From the NCBI GenBank assembly GCA_964464695.1, contig CAYXKW010000003.1:10577-74576 (forward strand): 64,000 bases of DNA, written 5' to 3'. Within the stretch, counting starts at the first letter, position 1. The number at the start of each line of letters is the position of its first letter. A program made the position numbers and the translations under genes. Under the pieces are notes generated by a model that saw only the letters and a program-made list of their open reading frames with translations, made no database searches and had not been told where the DNA came from. Below, piece by piece: positions 9,396-18,549 of this stretch. Source of the DNA: an uncultured Candidatus Saccharibacteria bacterium (GTDB lineage Bacteria > Patescibacteriota > Minisyncoccia > Phycocordibacterales > UBA5272).

Positions 9396-10037
9396 ATGAC
9401 AGTCATCAAACACAGCGACCAGCGTGTCGCAATTTTTATTGATACACAAAACTTGTATCACAGTGCAAAAAATCTTTACAATACAAAAGTAAATTTTGGC
9501 GCAATTATGGAGACCGTAACCGGTAAACGTAAACTTATTCGTGCTCTCGCATATGTTATTACAACTGAAGCAGGGGATGAAACACAATTTTTTGAAGCAC
9601 TCACAAAGCTTGGAATTGAAACAAAAACAAAAGATCTCCAAATATTTTATGGAGGTGCTAAAAAAGCCGACTGGGATGTTGGTATGGCGGTGGACGCTAT
9701 TCGTATTGCGCCAAAAGTTGATACGATAGTACTCGCAACAGGGGATGGAGATTTTGTGCCACTTGTTAATTTTCTCAAGGAACACTTTGGTGTCCAGGTG
9801 GAAGTAATTTCATTTGGTAGATCATCATCAACTAAACTTCGCGAAGCATGTGAAGATTTTATTGATATGTGTGACCAACCAGAGAAGTTCCTCATGGGGT
9901 ACAGAGTCAGGAGACCTGCACCAAAAAAGGGGAAGACTCGTGATACCAGCGTCAAAAAATCAGTCCGCAAAGAATATTCAGATGAAGACTTGGGAATTTT
10001 TAGCGGGGAAAGTCCTTCGGGAGAAACAAAGAATTAA
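9396..10037 (+). CDS. NYN-domain (LabA/DUF88-like) putative RNase with basic C-terminal tail
   Basis: RVAIFIDTQNLYHSAK...KADWDVGMAVDAI...IVLATGDGDFVPLV matches the NYN/LabA-like PIN-fold pattern. It sits where pnp usually follows rpsO. Confidence 0.6.
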   Translation: MTVIKHSDQRVAIFIDTQNLYHSAKNLYNTKVNFGAIMETVTGKRKLIRALAYVITTEAGDETQFFEALTKLGIETKTKDLQIFYGGAKKADWDVGMAVDAIRIAPKVDTIVLATGDGDFVPLVNFLKEHFGVQVEVISFGRSSSTKLREACEDFIDMCDQPEKFLMGYRVRRPAPKKGKTRDTSVKKSVRKEYSDEDLGIFSGESPSGETKN

Positions 10038-10050
10038 AAAGAAGTAGAAA

Positions 10051-10085
10051 ATACGAGCGACACCTTCGGTGTCGCTCGTATTTTC
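10051..10085 (+). terminator. rho-independent terminator
   Basis: atacgagcgacacc-ttcg-ggtgtcgctcgtat followed by TTTT. Confidence 0.65.
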
Positions 10086-10153
10086 ATAAACACCACTCTT
10101 TACATCCATAACTACATAGCATATAGCTAGATGCTGTACTATACTAGTTACAT

Positions 10154-10927
10154 ATGACCCAAAAAGTCGACACCTTCGAACATGACATTGCTGACGAGAT
10201 ACGTAGAAAAGAAGCGAGTCTCGCTGAAATTCAAGCAGTATCCAAACAAAATAGTCCATTAATTACTATTGATCCACCAAAAACATTGCCGTGGCTTACT
10301 ATTACACTTGTCGTAGGACTTATTGTTGCAGTGGTTGGGATTAGCTCTGTTGCATACTATTATTTTACTGATTCACTACTTCCTCCGTCTGCCGAACCTC
10401 AAGTCATTAATAAAAATGATATCCCAAAGGTTATGACAGATATTTCAAAACTTTCCCCAAGTTTAAGTTCGGGAATAGGGAGATTTTCTACGCTTGTTGA
10501 AAAAAAGGACACGGGATATGTTATTACTCTTAATAATTACACAGAGGTATTTGCATACATGACTCGCAACGAAGACGCATATATTCATGAGCTTGTTGGT
10601 GTCTATCCAAAAGCTGTTGCAACTAGTACACAAGAGGCGGTTCAAGAAAATACTTCTACAAGTTCCACAACCAAAATAGGTGAAAGTGGTGCGACCTCAA
10701 CTAAACCTAAAACAGCTAAAGTTGTAGTAGCTTCCTCAACTGAAATACAAGAAGATGACTCGTCACCTTTTTCATATTTTTCTGACCTAACTGTGTCAAA
10801 TCAGAATATGCGAGTTTACAAAAAAGAGGAACAAACAGTAATCTATGCGTTTGCTGGAGACAAGTACGTACTCATATCAAACACACCCGAGGGAATTCTT
10901 GCTCTAAAGAGTGCTATACTTCGCTAA
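10154..10927 (+). CDS. hypothetical single-pass membrane protein
   Basis: TM segment LPWLTITLVVGLIVAVVGISSVAYYYF, then a Ser/Thr-rich extracytoplasmic region. Stop overlaps the comM start (TAATG). Confidence 0.5.
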   Translation: MTQKVDTFEHDIADEIRRKEASLAEIQAVSKQNSPLITIDPPKTLPWLTITLVVGLIVAVVGISSVAYYYFTDSLLPPSAEPQVINKNDIPKVMTDISKLSPSLSSGIGRFSTLVEKKDTGYVITLNNYTEVFAYMTRNEDAYIHELVGVYPKAVATSTQEAVQENTSTSSTTKIGESGATSTKPKTAKVVVASSTEIQEDDSSPFSYFSDLTVSNQNMRVYKKEEQTVIYAFAGDKYVLISNTPEGILALKSAILR

Positions 10928-12483
10928 TGAGTGTTGCTATAACACATTCTGCACACATTGTTGGCCTACAAGCTTCACAGGTAACTGTCGAGGTGGACGT
11001 CTCATCTGGTTTATATTCTTTTGCAATTGTAGGCTTGCCCGATAAAGCAATTGAAGAAAGTAAAGACAGAATTATTGCAGCACTAAAAAATAGTGGGGCG
11101 AGGAACCCAAAAACAGAAAACCATAAAGTTACTGTTTCACTTTCTCCAGCGAGTGTAAAGAAAGAGGGGTCACATTTTGATGTACCAATCGCTCTTGCAT
11201 ATCTTGTTGCATCCAAACAGTTATCTCTTCCAAAAGATATCGGATGGTTCGTTGGTGAACTATCCCTCACCGGTGAAATACTTCCCATGAAAGGAGTCCT
11301 TGTCATCGCAGAATTTGCAAAAGCGTGCGGTGCTCGTGCACTCTACGTTCCGTATGCAAATAAAGAAGAAGCTGCGCTTATTGATGGACTAGTAGTATAC
11401 GGATGTACCTCACTTTCTGATATTGTAACGCACCTCGGAGGCGCGTTTGAAAATAATAATAGTATTTTTGAAATTATTCCTCAAGAAAAAACAGCAATTA
11501 TCTATTCACGTCCTGAATCATTTTTAGATTTTAAAGATATCAAAGGACAAATTTCCGCAAAACGCGCATTAGAAATTGCTGCGGCAGGAGGTCACAACAT
11601 TGCTCTCTATGGACCACCAGGAACTGGAAAGACAATGCTTGCTCGTGCATTTACAGGGATTTTACCACCACTTACTCACGATGAAACACTTGTGGTTACT
11701 CGCATTCATTCACTTATTAACAAAGACGTAACTATTATTTCTCACCCACCACTTCGGAGCCCTCATCACACATCATCACATGTTTCTCTTGTTGGAGGAG
11801 GGACAAACCCACGACCAGGAGAAATTACGCTTGCTCATCACGGTGTACTTTTTTTAGATGAGTTCCCTGAGTTTGATAAAAAAGTTATTGAATCATTACG
11901 AGAACCGCTTGAGGAGGGTCACATCACTGTTTCAAGAGCTAAGGGATCTTTTACCTTTCCTGCATCATGCACGCTTATCGCTTCCATGAATCCATGTCCC
12001 TGCGGATACATGGGAAGTAAGCTCAAACGCTGTATCTGCAAACCGTCTGATATAGATAAGTATGCGAGAAAATTATCAGGACCAATCATGGATCGTATCG
12101 ATATGTGGGTACCAGTACTTCATGTAGACTATGACACCTTATCAAAAAGTGAAGGTGGCGAGGGGAGTGAGCTCGTTCAATCAAGAGTACTACAAGCCAG
12201 GGAATTTGCTCGCTCTAGATTTAGGAATAACGGAAATACAACACTTTTAAAAAATAAAGATTTGCGTGCAAAAGATTTAGAGTTGTACATTCAACTGGAT
12301 CCGAAGTGCACTGAACTCATGAAAAAGTTATCTACTTCATCTGTGTTATCACCGCGTGCGTATCATCGAGTGCTGCGACTAGCTCGAACAATTGCAGACT
12401 ATAGGGGAGACGACAATATTACTGAAGCAGATATTTTAGAGGCATTCCAATATAGACCGAAGTTGTACCAGGATAGATTGTAG
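10927..12483 (+). CDS. comM: Mg-chelatase-like AAA+ ATPase, YifB/ComM family
   Basis: N-terminal Lon-like domain (IVGLPDKAIEESKDRI). Walker A GPPGTGKTM. LFLDEFPEF. Zinc-ribbon-like MNPCPCGY. Typical YifB C-terminus. Confidence 0.85.
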   Translation: MSVAITHSAHIVGLQASQVTVEVDVSSGLYSFAIVGLPDKAIEESKDRIIAALKNSGARNPKTENHKVTVSLSPASVKKEGSHFDVPIALAYLVASKQLSLPKDIGWFVGELSLTGEILPMKGVLVIAEFAKACGARALYVPYANKEEAALIDGLVVYGCTSLSDIVTHLGGAFENNNSIFEIIPQEKTAIIYSRPESFLDFKDIKGQISAKRALEIAAAGGHNIALYGPPGTGKTMLARAFTGILPPLTHDETLVVTRIHSLINKDVTIISHPPLRSPHHTSSHVSLVGGGTNPRPGEITLAHHGVLFLDEFPEFDKKVIESLREPLEEGHITVSRAKGSFTFPASCTLIASMNPCPCGYMGSKLKRCICKPSDIDKYARKLSGPIMDRIDMWVPVLHVDYDTLSKSEGGEGSELVQSRVLQAREFARSRFRNNGNTTLLKNKDLRAKDLELYIQLDPKCTELMKKLSTSSVLSPRAYHRVLRLARTIADYRGDDNITEADILEAFQYRPKLYQDRL

Positions 12484-12535
12484 GATAGCTAGTAGACTTT
12501 AGCCGGTGGACTGTAGCTTTTTAATACAAATACTA

Positions 12536-12571
12536 AACAGGAGAATGACCTTTGATCATTCTCCTGTTTTA
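12536..12571. terminator. bidirectional terminator hairpin between convergent comM and M23 peptidase genes
   Basis: aacaggagaatga-cctttga-tcattctcctgtt, a 13-bp perfect stem, flanked by GTCTACAGTCTG-family motifs. Confidence 0.55.
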
Positions 12572-12606
12572 GCTACAGACTAAAGTCTAATGTCTACAGT
12601 CTGTGT

Positions 12607-13629
12607 TTAGAAAGGATTTTTTGCTCCACGAACTTCGAAGTGTAGATGCGCTCCTGTAGATTTACCAGTATTCCCAACTTCTCCAATTGTTTGACCTTGT
12701 GTTACTGATTGACCTTGATTAATATAAATATCATTCAAGTGCGCATACACTGTTTGAATACCATTTGCATGAGAAATAATAATCATACTTCCATACCCTC
12801 CATTATAACCACCATTTCTTGCAGCAATAACAGTACCTGCTGCCGCTGCGAACACTGGTGTACCAATTGAGGCAGCAAGGTCAACGCCATTATGCCCATG
12901 AACACCTTGAGATCTTCTTCCTCCCGAAATAGGACGAACAAGAAAGCCTGATGGTGCAGTGTATGTGTAGGAATTAAGAACACGAGGCTGATTTGATGCT
13001 TTTGGTTTTACTGGTTGAACAACTTGAATTTCACCGTCAGGAACAATAACTGTATCACCGATTTCAAGAGATGCATTTACTGCTAAACCGTTGTAAATAG
13101 CAACATCTTGACTGTCTGCTTTATATTTCTTAGCAATAGCTGTGATTGTTTCACCTTTTTTAACAGTGTGGCGAATTCCTGTAATAGGAAGAATGATGAG
13201 CGTATCACCTTTTACAGCAGTTCTTGAGGTAAGATCATTAGCCCATACAATAGTGTTAACAGTTACTCCAAAAAGTTTAGCTATACCATTTAGTGTGTCT
13301 CCTTTTTTTACTTCATACACACTAATTTTATCACTAGCTGGGAAAACGACGTCTTCAGTTGAAATTCGAAGTGGTCCAGAAACTGCTTGGAGTGAGGTTT
13401 GGTTTACATCTTGGTTTTCTTCCGAAGACGACGAGTTACTTTCAACTACGACAGGCTTAAAAAGCACCATAGTTTGTGAGGTGGCAAGAGTTTGCTGATC
13501 TTCATCAACTGAATCTGCAACAAATATTGCTTTAAACTTTTCTGTAAGTGCGGCAAGAGTTCCCGCATTTGCTAAAAGTGGTCGAGCGACTGAAATGATG
13601 CAGAGGAGAATAAGGACACTATGTGACAC
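12607..13629 (-). CDS. LysM-domain M23 family metallopeptidase (peptidoglycan endopeptidase)
   Basis: Signal peptide. Two LysM repeats (YEVKKGDTLNGIAKLFGV..., HTVKKGETITAIAKKY...). M23 motifs HGHNGVDLAA and GNTGKSTGAHLHFE. Confidence 0.8.
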   Translation of the reverse strand: MSHSVLILLCIISVARPLLANAGTLAALTEKFKAIFVADSVDEDQQTLATSQTMVLFKPVVVESNSSSSEENQDVNQTSLQAVSGPLRISTEDVVFPASDKISVYEVKKGDTLNGIAKLFGVTVNTIVWANDLTSRTAVKGDTLIILPITGIRHTVKKGETITAIAKKYKADSQDVAIYNGLAVNASLEIGDTVIVPDGEIQVVQPVKPKASNQPRVLNSYTYTAPSGFLVRPISGGRRSQGVHGHNGVDLAASIGTPVFAAAAGTVIAARNGGYNGGYGSMIIISHANGIQTVYAHLNDIYINQGQSVTQGQTIGEVGNTGKSTGAHLHFEVRGAKNPF

Positions 13630-13868
13630 TGATTTCCAGTGTTTTTTGGTAGTTACTACGATAGGATTTCGTTTAAAAACTATAAGTCTCTAGGTGTGAT
13701 GTTTCTACACATTGACAATATAATATATATAGCGTGTCAACGTCTTCTACATGAAGTTTGTCATTCTAGCATAGCAAATATGAGAGACTAGCACAAGAAA
13801 AAGAATAGATAAAATATGTGGAGAAGTACCGTAAAAGTCTTGTAAAATAAAGTATACTGAGCGGAGCT

Positions 13869-16800
13869 ATGACGGAACCAACTAACCCAGAAAATAAAGG
13901 GGAGGGGACTTCACCAACCTCAGGTAAACCTGCTGGCACTTTTGGACCACCCAATAGAAGAGTGGACAGTATTACTCCTCCAAAGGGTGAGAAGGTTTCA
14001 ACAACCGATCTCGAAAAAATGAGAAAATTGGAAAGATTTTCTGAAAAAGTAGATTATATAATAAAATACGCCAAGAATTTACTGAGTGACGCAAAAGAAC
14101 TACTCCCCCAAGAAGGTTACGCTGAAATTGAATCTATGATTTCAGAACTAGAGAGTTTTAAAGTTGACGTAGAAAAAGATTATAATACATTCGAAAGTTG
14201 TGATGGCGAGGCTGACAAAATTGAAGAAATTTTAAGAGGTGTCCAAAAACAAATTTTTGGACTACTAAATAATGGTGAGGTGGAAGTACTGCAAGAGAAA
14301 AACCGCAATGAAAAAATCACACTACTATCTAGGCAGCAAACAAGATACTTAAAACTTCTTTCCAGTATTGAGACTATTCGAAAATCAAATATTTCAGATA
14401 CAACATTACAAGAGGATACACTTCGTACAGCAGATGAACTCAATTGGCTATCTGAATCTGAAAAAACTGAAGAATTTGCACGAGAAGCAGAATTAGAAAA
14501 ATTAGTAGAAATTAAAACCTCAGTAGACACACTCACAGAAAAATTAGAAGAGGCTCTCATGCTTCTTAAAAAAGAGAACGAAGAGAGGGAACAAACTGAG
14601 ATAGAAAATAAAGCTCAAGAAAATATAAAAACGAGAACTGCAGATATTTCAAGAAAATACCAAGAACTACGAGATGAAGTTGGAGGGTTAAAGATTATTG
14701 ATACCGCACTTCATTCACAAATAGAAGAAAAGGAGGGGGCCATAGCTAAAGTAAGAGGGAAATTAAAAGGTAAGCCTTCACAAAAAAATCTCGACGACTT
14801 TATAAAGCTCGTTACTGAGTATGAAGAGCTACTTCCTGAGTTACGAAGCGCTGTCGTTGCAACTATTACCCCTCCTTCGTTTTTAAGTAGAAGCATCTCT
14901 AATCAGGAGGATCCCGCACCAACTCCAGATAGTACACCAGCTAAAACAACAGAACAATTAACAGACAGAGCGCCTGACGATATAGGTATCTCAAATATCC
15001 GAGAAACAAAAGAATCTCTTGATAGAAATAATGACTCGAAAGAGTACGAGATACTTATTGATGGAAAAAATATACTGGTGCCGAAAGTTTTTTTGGGAAC
15101 ACTCAATAGATACACATCTGCTCTTAAAAATCCAGCACTTAGCGGTAAAGATTTTTCTCGAGCTACAAGATTAAAAGAAGAAGTACTTCATGCGATTGAG
15201 GGTGCTGAATTTGACTTTGCTGACAGAAAGGCGAGAGCATTGGGTGAAGAATTAAATATAATTGAAGGTGTGACGGCTGTAACTGATCCATCAAAAGCAC
15301 CTAACAGAAATGTGGGGGACATTACCGGTAGTTTTGAAAGTGGTTATGAAATACAAACCAAATCAGGTTTACACCCGCTAAGAAATCCAAAAGTTCCTGA
15401 AACTATAATGAAATATGAGGAAATGTCGAATGACCCAAAATATGTAGGGTATGATTTTACGTTAGCAAGTCAAAGTAAAGATGCGGTTATTGCTAAGTTA
15501 GTTGACGATGATTTCGCACAAGCAAAATTTGAAGCAATGAGACTAGGGGATGAGTTACGTAAAATAGAGCTAGCAGTTAATGATGCTGTTGCCAAAGAAA
15601 ACAGTAGGAGGGGGTTACAAAGGAGCCCTAAGGATATTAATCTACCTGAAATAAGCGAAAATAAAAAAGCTGGAAGCGAAGAGAATCGATATAAAATTAG
15701 AATTAATGGAAAATTTGAAACTGTACCTCTGTCAGCACTTCACACTCTTAATCGGTATAAGAAAATTTTTGAAAATCAAGCATTCAAAAGTGAAAACTTT
15801 ACTTCTGCAATTACACTTAAGGATGCAGTACTAGACGCAATACAAACAGGGGATTTTACTACGGCAAAAAAGAAAGCAGATTTACTTACGATTGAGCTTA
15901 ATAGAATAACCAAAGAAAATAGCAATCAAAATAGTACACAAGAAAATCAAAGTGCAAAAACTGGACAGGAACCTAGTCAACTAGAAAAAAATAAAAAATT
16001 TAATAACCCACCGGTTGGAGAAATTGTATCTCTTTTAACTAAAGATCGTTATGTTGGAAAGCAAGTAGAATACAGAGCGAAAAATAATACTTCCGCAGAG
16101 CGGGAAATAATAAATGATTTAAAAACATGGGAAAAAAAATGGCTACTAGGGGGTGCAATTGATACCTATCGTGAAAAAAATGGCAACATTAAAATTAGTG
16201 ATGCTCAAGTACGTACAACAAAATTAATTCTCCAAACATACAAGCAATTATTAGAACAAAACATTAACTCAGAAGTTAATACGGACGTGATGAGAACTGT
16301 ACCCCAAAATATTATTATATGTACACAGATACTTGCCGGAATACATAATGAAACAAAAAGTGACATCAAATACTTGGTTGAACACTACAGTGAGCGAGCT
16401 GATGATGCATTGTTGCAAAAGTTAAGAAGTTATTTTATTGCTCAACCACATGTCACACACAAACAATTATCTTCTATAGAGAATAGCAACCTTGAAAAGC
16501 GATTCTTACTACTGGGCAACACACTAAAAGATGGCGACACTGTCTTACAAACTATCCTTCCATACATAACATCTACAGAGGAGAGAAGTTCTCTACTCAA
16601 ACTTTCTAGTGAATTAAAAACACTCGAGGAAGAAATAAAAGGAAATAAAACTCTAGAATTAATCGAATCATTTAAGAAAAAATTAGACGTGTATCTCATG
16701 TATGTAACAAAAAAAGCTGCAGTGTTACAAGCTAGATATGGTGCACAAAATATCGTACCTCAGCCAACAGTGTCTCCAAAAAACATAACTGTCATGCGTA

Positions 16801-18185
16801 GTAAAAGATTACGTGGTGACGGTCCGAAAACTGAAACACTCGAAGAATATGATAAGCGCGAAAAGTTAGAGAAAGTTGTAACTGACGCTAAAAATAGTGA
16901 CGAACACCAAGAAAACCAAGATGAGCTAAGAAAGAAACATCAGGAAATGTTTGCTCGTGATCCTGACCTCTACAAACATATCTATGGAGGGGGGAATAAA
17001 GTACGTGACGATGTTACTGAGAAAATTTCATCAGAAATTCTGCCATCAAAATCTGCCCAGACTCCAAAAGAATATCTAATAGCTCTTATAAAAGAAAAAG
17101 AGGTCCTCGAAAAGAAGTGGCAAGCTATCTATGATGATATTGCCAAAGGAACTGCTGTTGGTAATCCAACTGGGGAAGCCAAAGTACTACGTGCACAAAT
17201 TGAGCTTCTTGATCTACGAATAGCAAAGTACACCAAAGTTATTCTTGATGATCAAATCCACAAACCAGAACACTCTTCATTTGTAACCAATAAAATGGTG
17301 TACAGCCCAACAGATGAAGTACAGCCCACACCAGGTGCCGTAAACATCGGTCGGGAACTTTTAACGAACAGAGAAGAAATAGAAGCACTTGGAAAAGAAC
17401 AAGTTAATGTGGCAACGAGTGTCCTTCCTCATCATCAATCAGGACTTATATCGACGCTCACTCCACAGCAAGCAGGGATAGCTGAAGGAGCTATTCACTT
17501 AGAGCCTGGAGCAATGGACAATACTGACTTAGAACGTTATAAAACAGAAAATCCTGAAGCAAAAGTTGTTAGTGTAGAAAATAAACAAGAACGCCAAACA
17601 TTTGTTCAAAAACTAGTTGACGTACTTTTTACATTTCCAAAAGTAAGAATGAATAAGTGGGGGTGGCTTGCAGCTGGATTAACAACAGCTGCGGTTGGGG
17701 GAGCTGCTGCATATACCGTAGGGACAGTCGAAAAAAATAATAGACCGAAAACTATTGCAGAACTTATAAAAAATCAACCATCATGGGAGACTTTTATAAA
17801 CGAAAATGTTCCAAAACAATTTATTCTTAATTTTAACGGACCAAAAGCATTACCCTTTGATGAATTTATTAAAGTCAGTGCTCCTTCGTTTGCAATTGGA
17901 CCAAATAATCCATCTGCAAAAGATAAGATTGCAAATTTACTTTGTAAAGATGTCTACGATGTTGAGGGTGCAAACAGTGGATTAACAGAGCTACAACAGC
18001 GTGAGAGTGCAGAGATAGTTAAAAACCTACAAGAGATTATCAAAGCAACAAAAGCACCTTCTGGTGTACTCTACGAAAAAGATGCTCGATTCTTTGGTGA
18101 TATGACTATTCGTCAACTCTATGAAGTAGCTCGTAAAATTGCTGCTGACGCTACAACAGAAAAAGCTAGACTAGGTACAAAATAA
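13869..18185 (+). CDS. giant (1438 aa) acidic coiled-coil protein with internal repeats and a single predicted TM helix near the C-terminus
   Basis: No signal peptide. Long K/E-rich coiled-coil. Internal duplication: YEILIDGKNILVPKVFLGTLNRY...FSRATRLKEEVLHAIEGAEFDFADRKARALGEELN vs YKIRINGKFETVPLSALHTLNRY...FTSAITLKDAVLDAIQTGDFTTAKKKADLLTIELN. TM WGWLAAGLTTAAVGGAAAYTVGTV at about aa 1270. Confidence 0.6.
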   Translation: MTEPTNPENKGEGTSPTSGKPAGTFGPPNRRVDSITPPKGEKVSTTDLEKMRKLERFSEKVDYIIKYAKNLLSDAKELLPQEGYAEIESMISELESFKVDVEKDYNTFESCDGEADKIEEILRGVQKQIFGLLNNGEVEVLQEKNRNEKITLLSRQQTRYLKLLSSIETIRKSNISDTTLQEDTLRTADELNWLSESEKTEEFAREAELEKLVEIKTSVDTLTEKLEEALMLLKKENEEREQTEIENKAQENIKTRTADISRKYQELRDEVGGLKIIDTALHSQIEEKEGAIAKVRGKLKGKPSQKNLDDFIKLVTEYEELLPELRSAVVATITPPSFLSRSISNQEDPAPTPDSTPAKTTEQLTDRAPDDIGISNIRETKESLDRNNDSKEYEILIDGKNILVPKVFLGTLNRYTSALKNPALSGKDFSRATRLKEEVLHAIEGAEFDFADRKARALGEELNIIEGVTAVTDPSKAPNRNVGDITGSFESGYEIQTKSGLHPLRNPKVPETIMKYEEMSNDPKYVGYDFTLASQSKDAVIAKLVDDDFAQAKFEAMRLGDELRKIELAVNDAVAKENSRRGLQRSPKDINLPEISENKKAGSEENRYKIRINGKFETVPLSALHTLNRYKKIFENQAFKSENFTSAITLKDAVLDAIQTGDFTTAKKKADLLTIELNRITKENSNQNSTQENQSAKTGQEPSQLEKNKKFNNPPVGEIVSLLTKDRYVGKQVEYRAKNNTSAEREIINDLKTWEKKWLLGGAIDTYREKNGNIKISDAQVRTTKLILQTYKQLLEQNINSEVNTDVMRTVPQNIIICTQILAGIHNETKSDIKYLVEHYSERADDALLQKLRSYFIAQPHVTHKQLSSIENSNLEKRFLLLGNTLKDGDTVLQTILPYITSTEERSSLLKLSSELKTLEEEIKGNKTLELIESFKKKLDVYLMYVTKKAAVLQARYGAQNIVPQPTVSPKNITVMRSKRLRGDGPKTETLEEYDKREKLEKVVTDAKNSDEHQENQDELRKKHQEMFARDPDLYKHIYGGGNKVRDDVTEKISSEILPSKSAQTPKEYLIALIKEKEVLEKKWQAIYDDIAKGTAVGNPTGEAKVLRAQIELLDLRIAKYTKVILDDQIHKPEHSSFVTNKMVYSPTDEVQPTPGAVNIGRELLTNREEIEALGKEQVNVATSVLPHHQSGLISTLTPQQAGIAEGAIHLEPGAMDNTDLERYKTENPEAKVVSVENKQERQTFVQKLVDVLFTFPKVRMNKWGWLAAGLTTAAVGGAAAYTVGTVEKNNRPKTIAELIKNQPSWETFINENVPKQFILNFNGPKALPFDEFIKVSAPSFAIGPNNPSAKDKIANLLCKDVYDVEGANSGLTELQQRESAEIVKNLQEIIKATKAPSGVLYEKDARFFGDMTIRQLYEVARKIAADATTEKARLGTK

Positions 18186-18191
18186 ACAATC

Positions 18192-18476
18192 ATGAACTTC
18201 GAAGAAATATACAACCAACTTATTATTGATTTTAAATTAGAAGACCTGCCAGAGGAGGACAGGGAGGAGACTCTTACTGAGATTTCAAAAACAATACAGA
18301 AACAATTTCTCATTGATATATACGATCAGATTGGAAAGAAAAATTTTGAAGCACTACAAGCATCAGCAAACATGGGAGAGGACTTCTATTTCACAACCCT
18401 TAAACATCTCGTACCCAACTATGATGAACTGTTTCACGGGGCTCGGAAAAAAATAATACAAGCATTTCATGTGTAG
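18192..18476 (+). CDS. small acidic hypothetical protein
   Basis: 94-aa ORF immediately after the giant gene, followed by a terminator. Confidence 0.4.
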   Translation: MNFEEIYNQLIIDFKLEDLPEEDREETLTEISKTIQKQFLIDIYDQIGKKNFEALQASANMGEDFYFTTLKHLVPNYDELFHGARKKIIQAFHV

Positions 18477-18480
18477 ATAA

Positions 18481-18508
18481 AAAGTGGTCGTAAGACCACT
18501 TTTTGTAT
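18481..18508 (+). terminator. rho-independent terminator
   Basis: aaagtggtc-gtaa-gaccacttt followed by TTTG. Confidence 0.6.
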
Positions 18509-18549
18509 ATAGAATTGGTATCATTTTGTAAAATTAATGACAAAGTAGC

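Noticed and set aside
13700-13740. TTGACA followed 2 nt later by ATATAAT upstream of the giant gene
   Set aside because: Spacer far too short for a sigma70 promoter. Likely a chance AT-rich occurrence.
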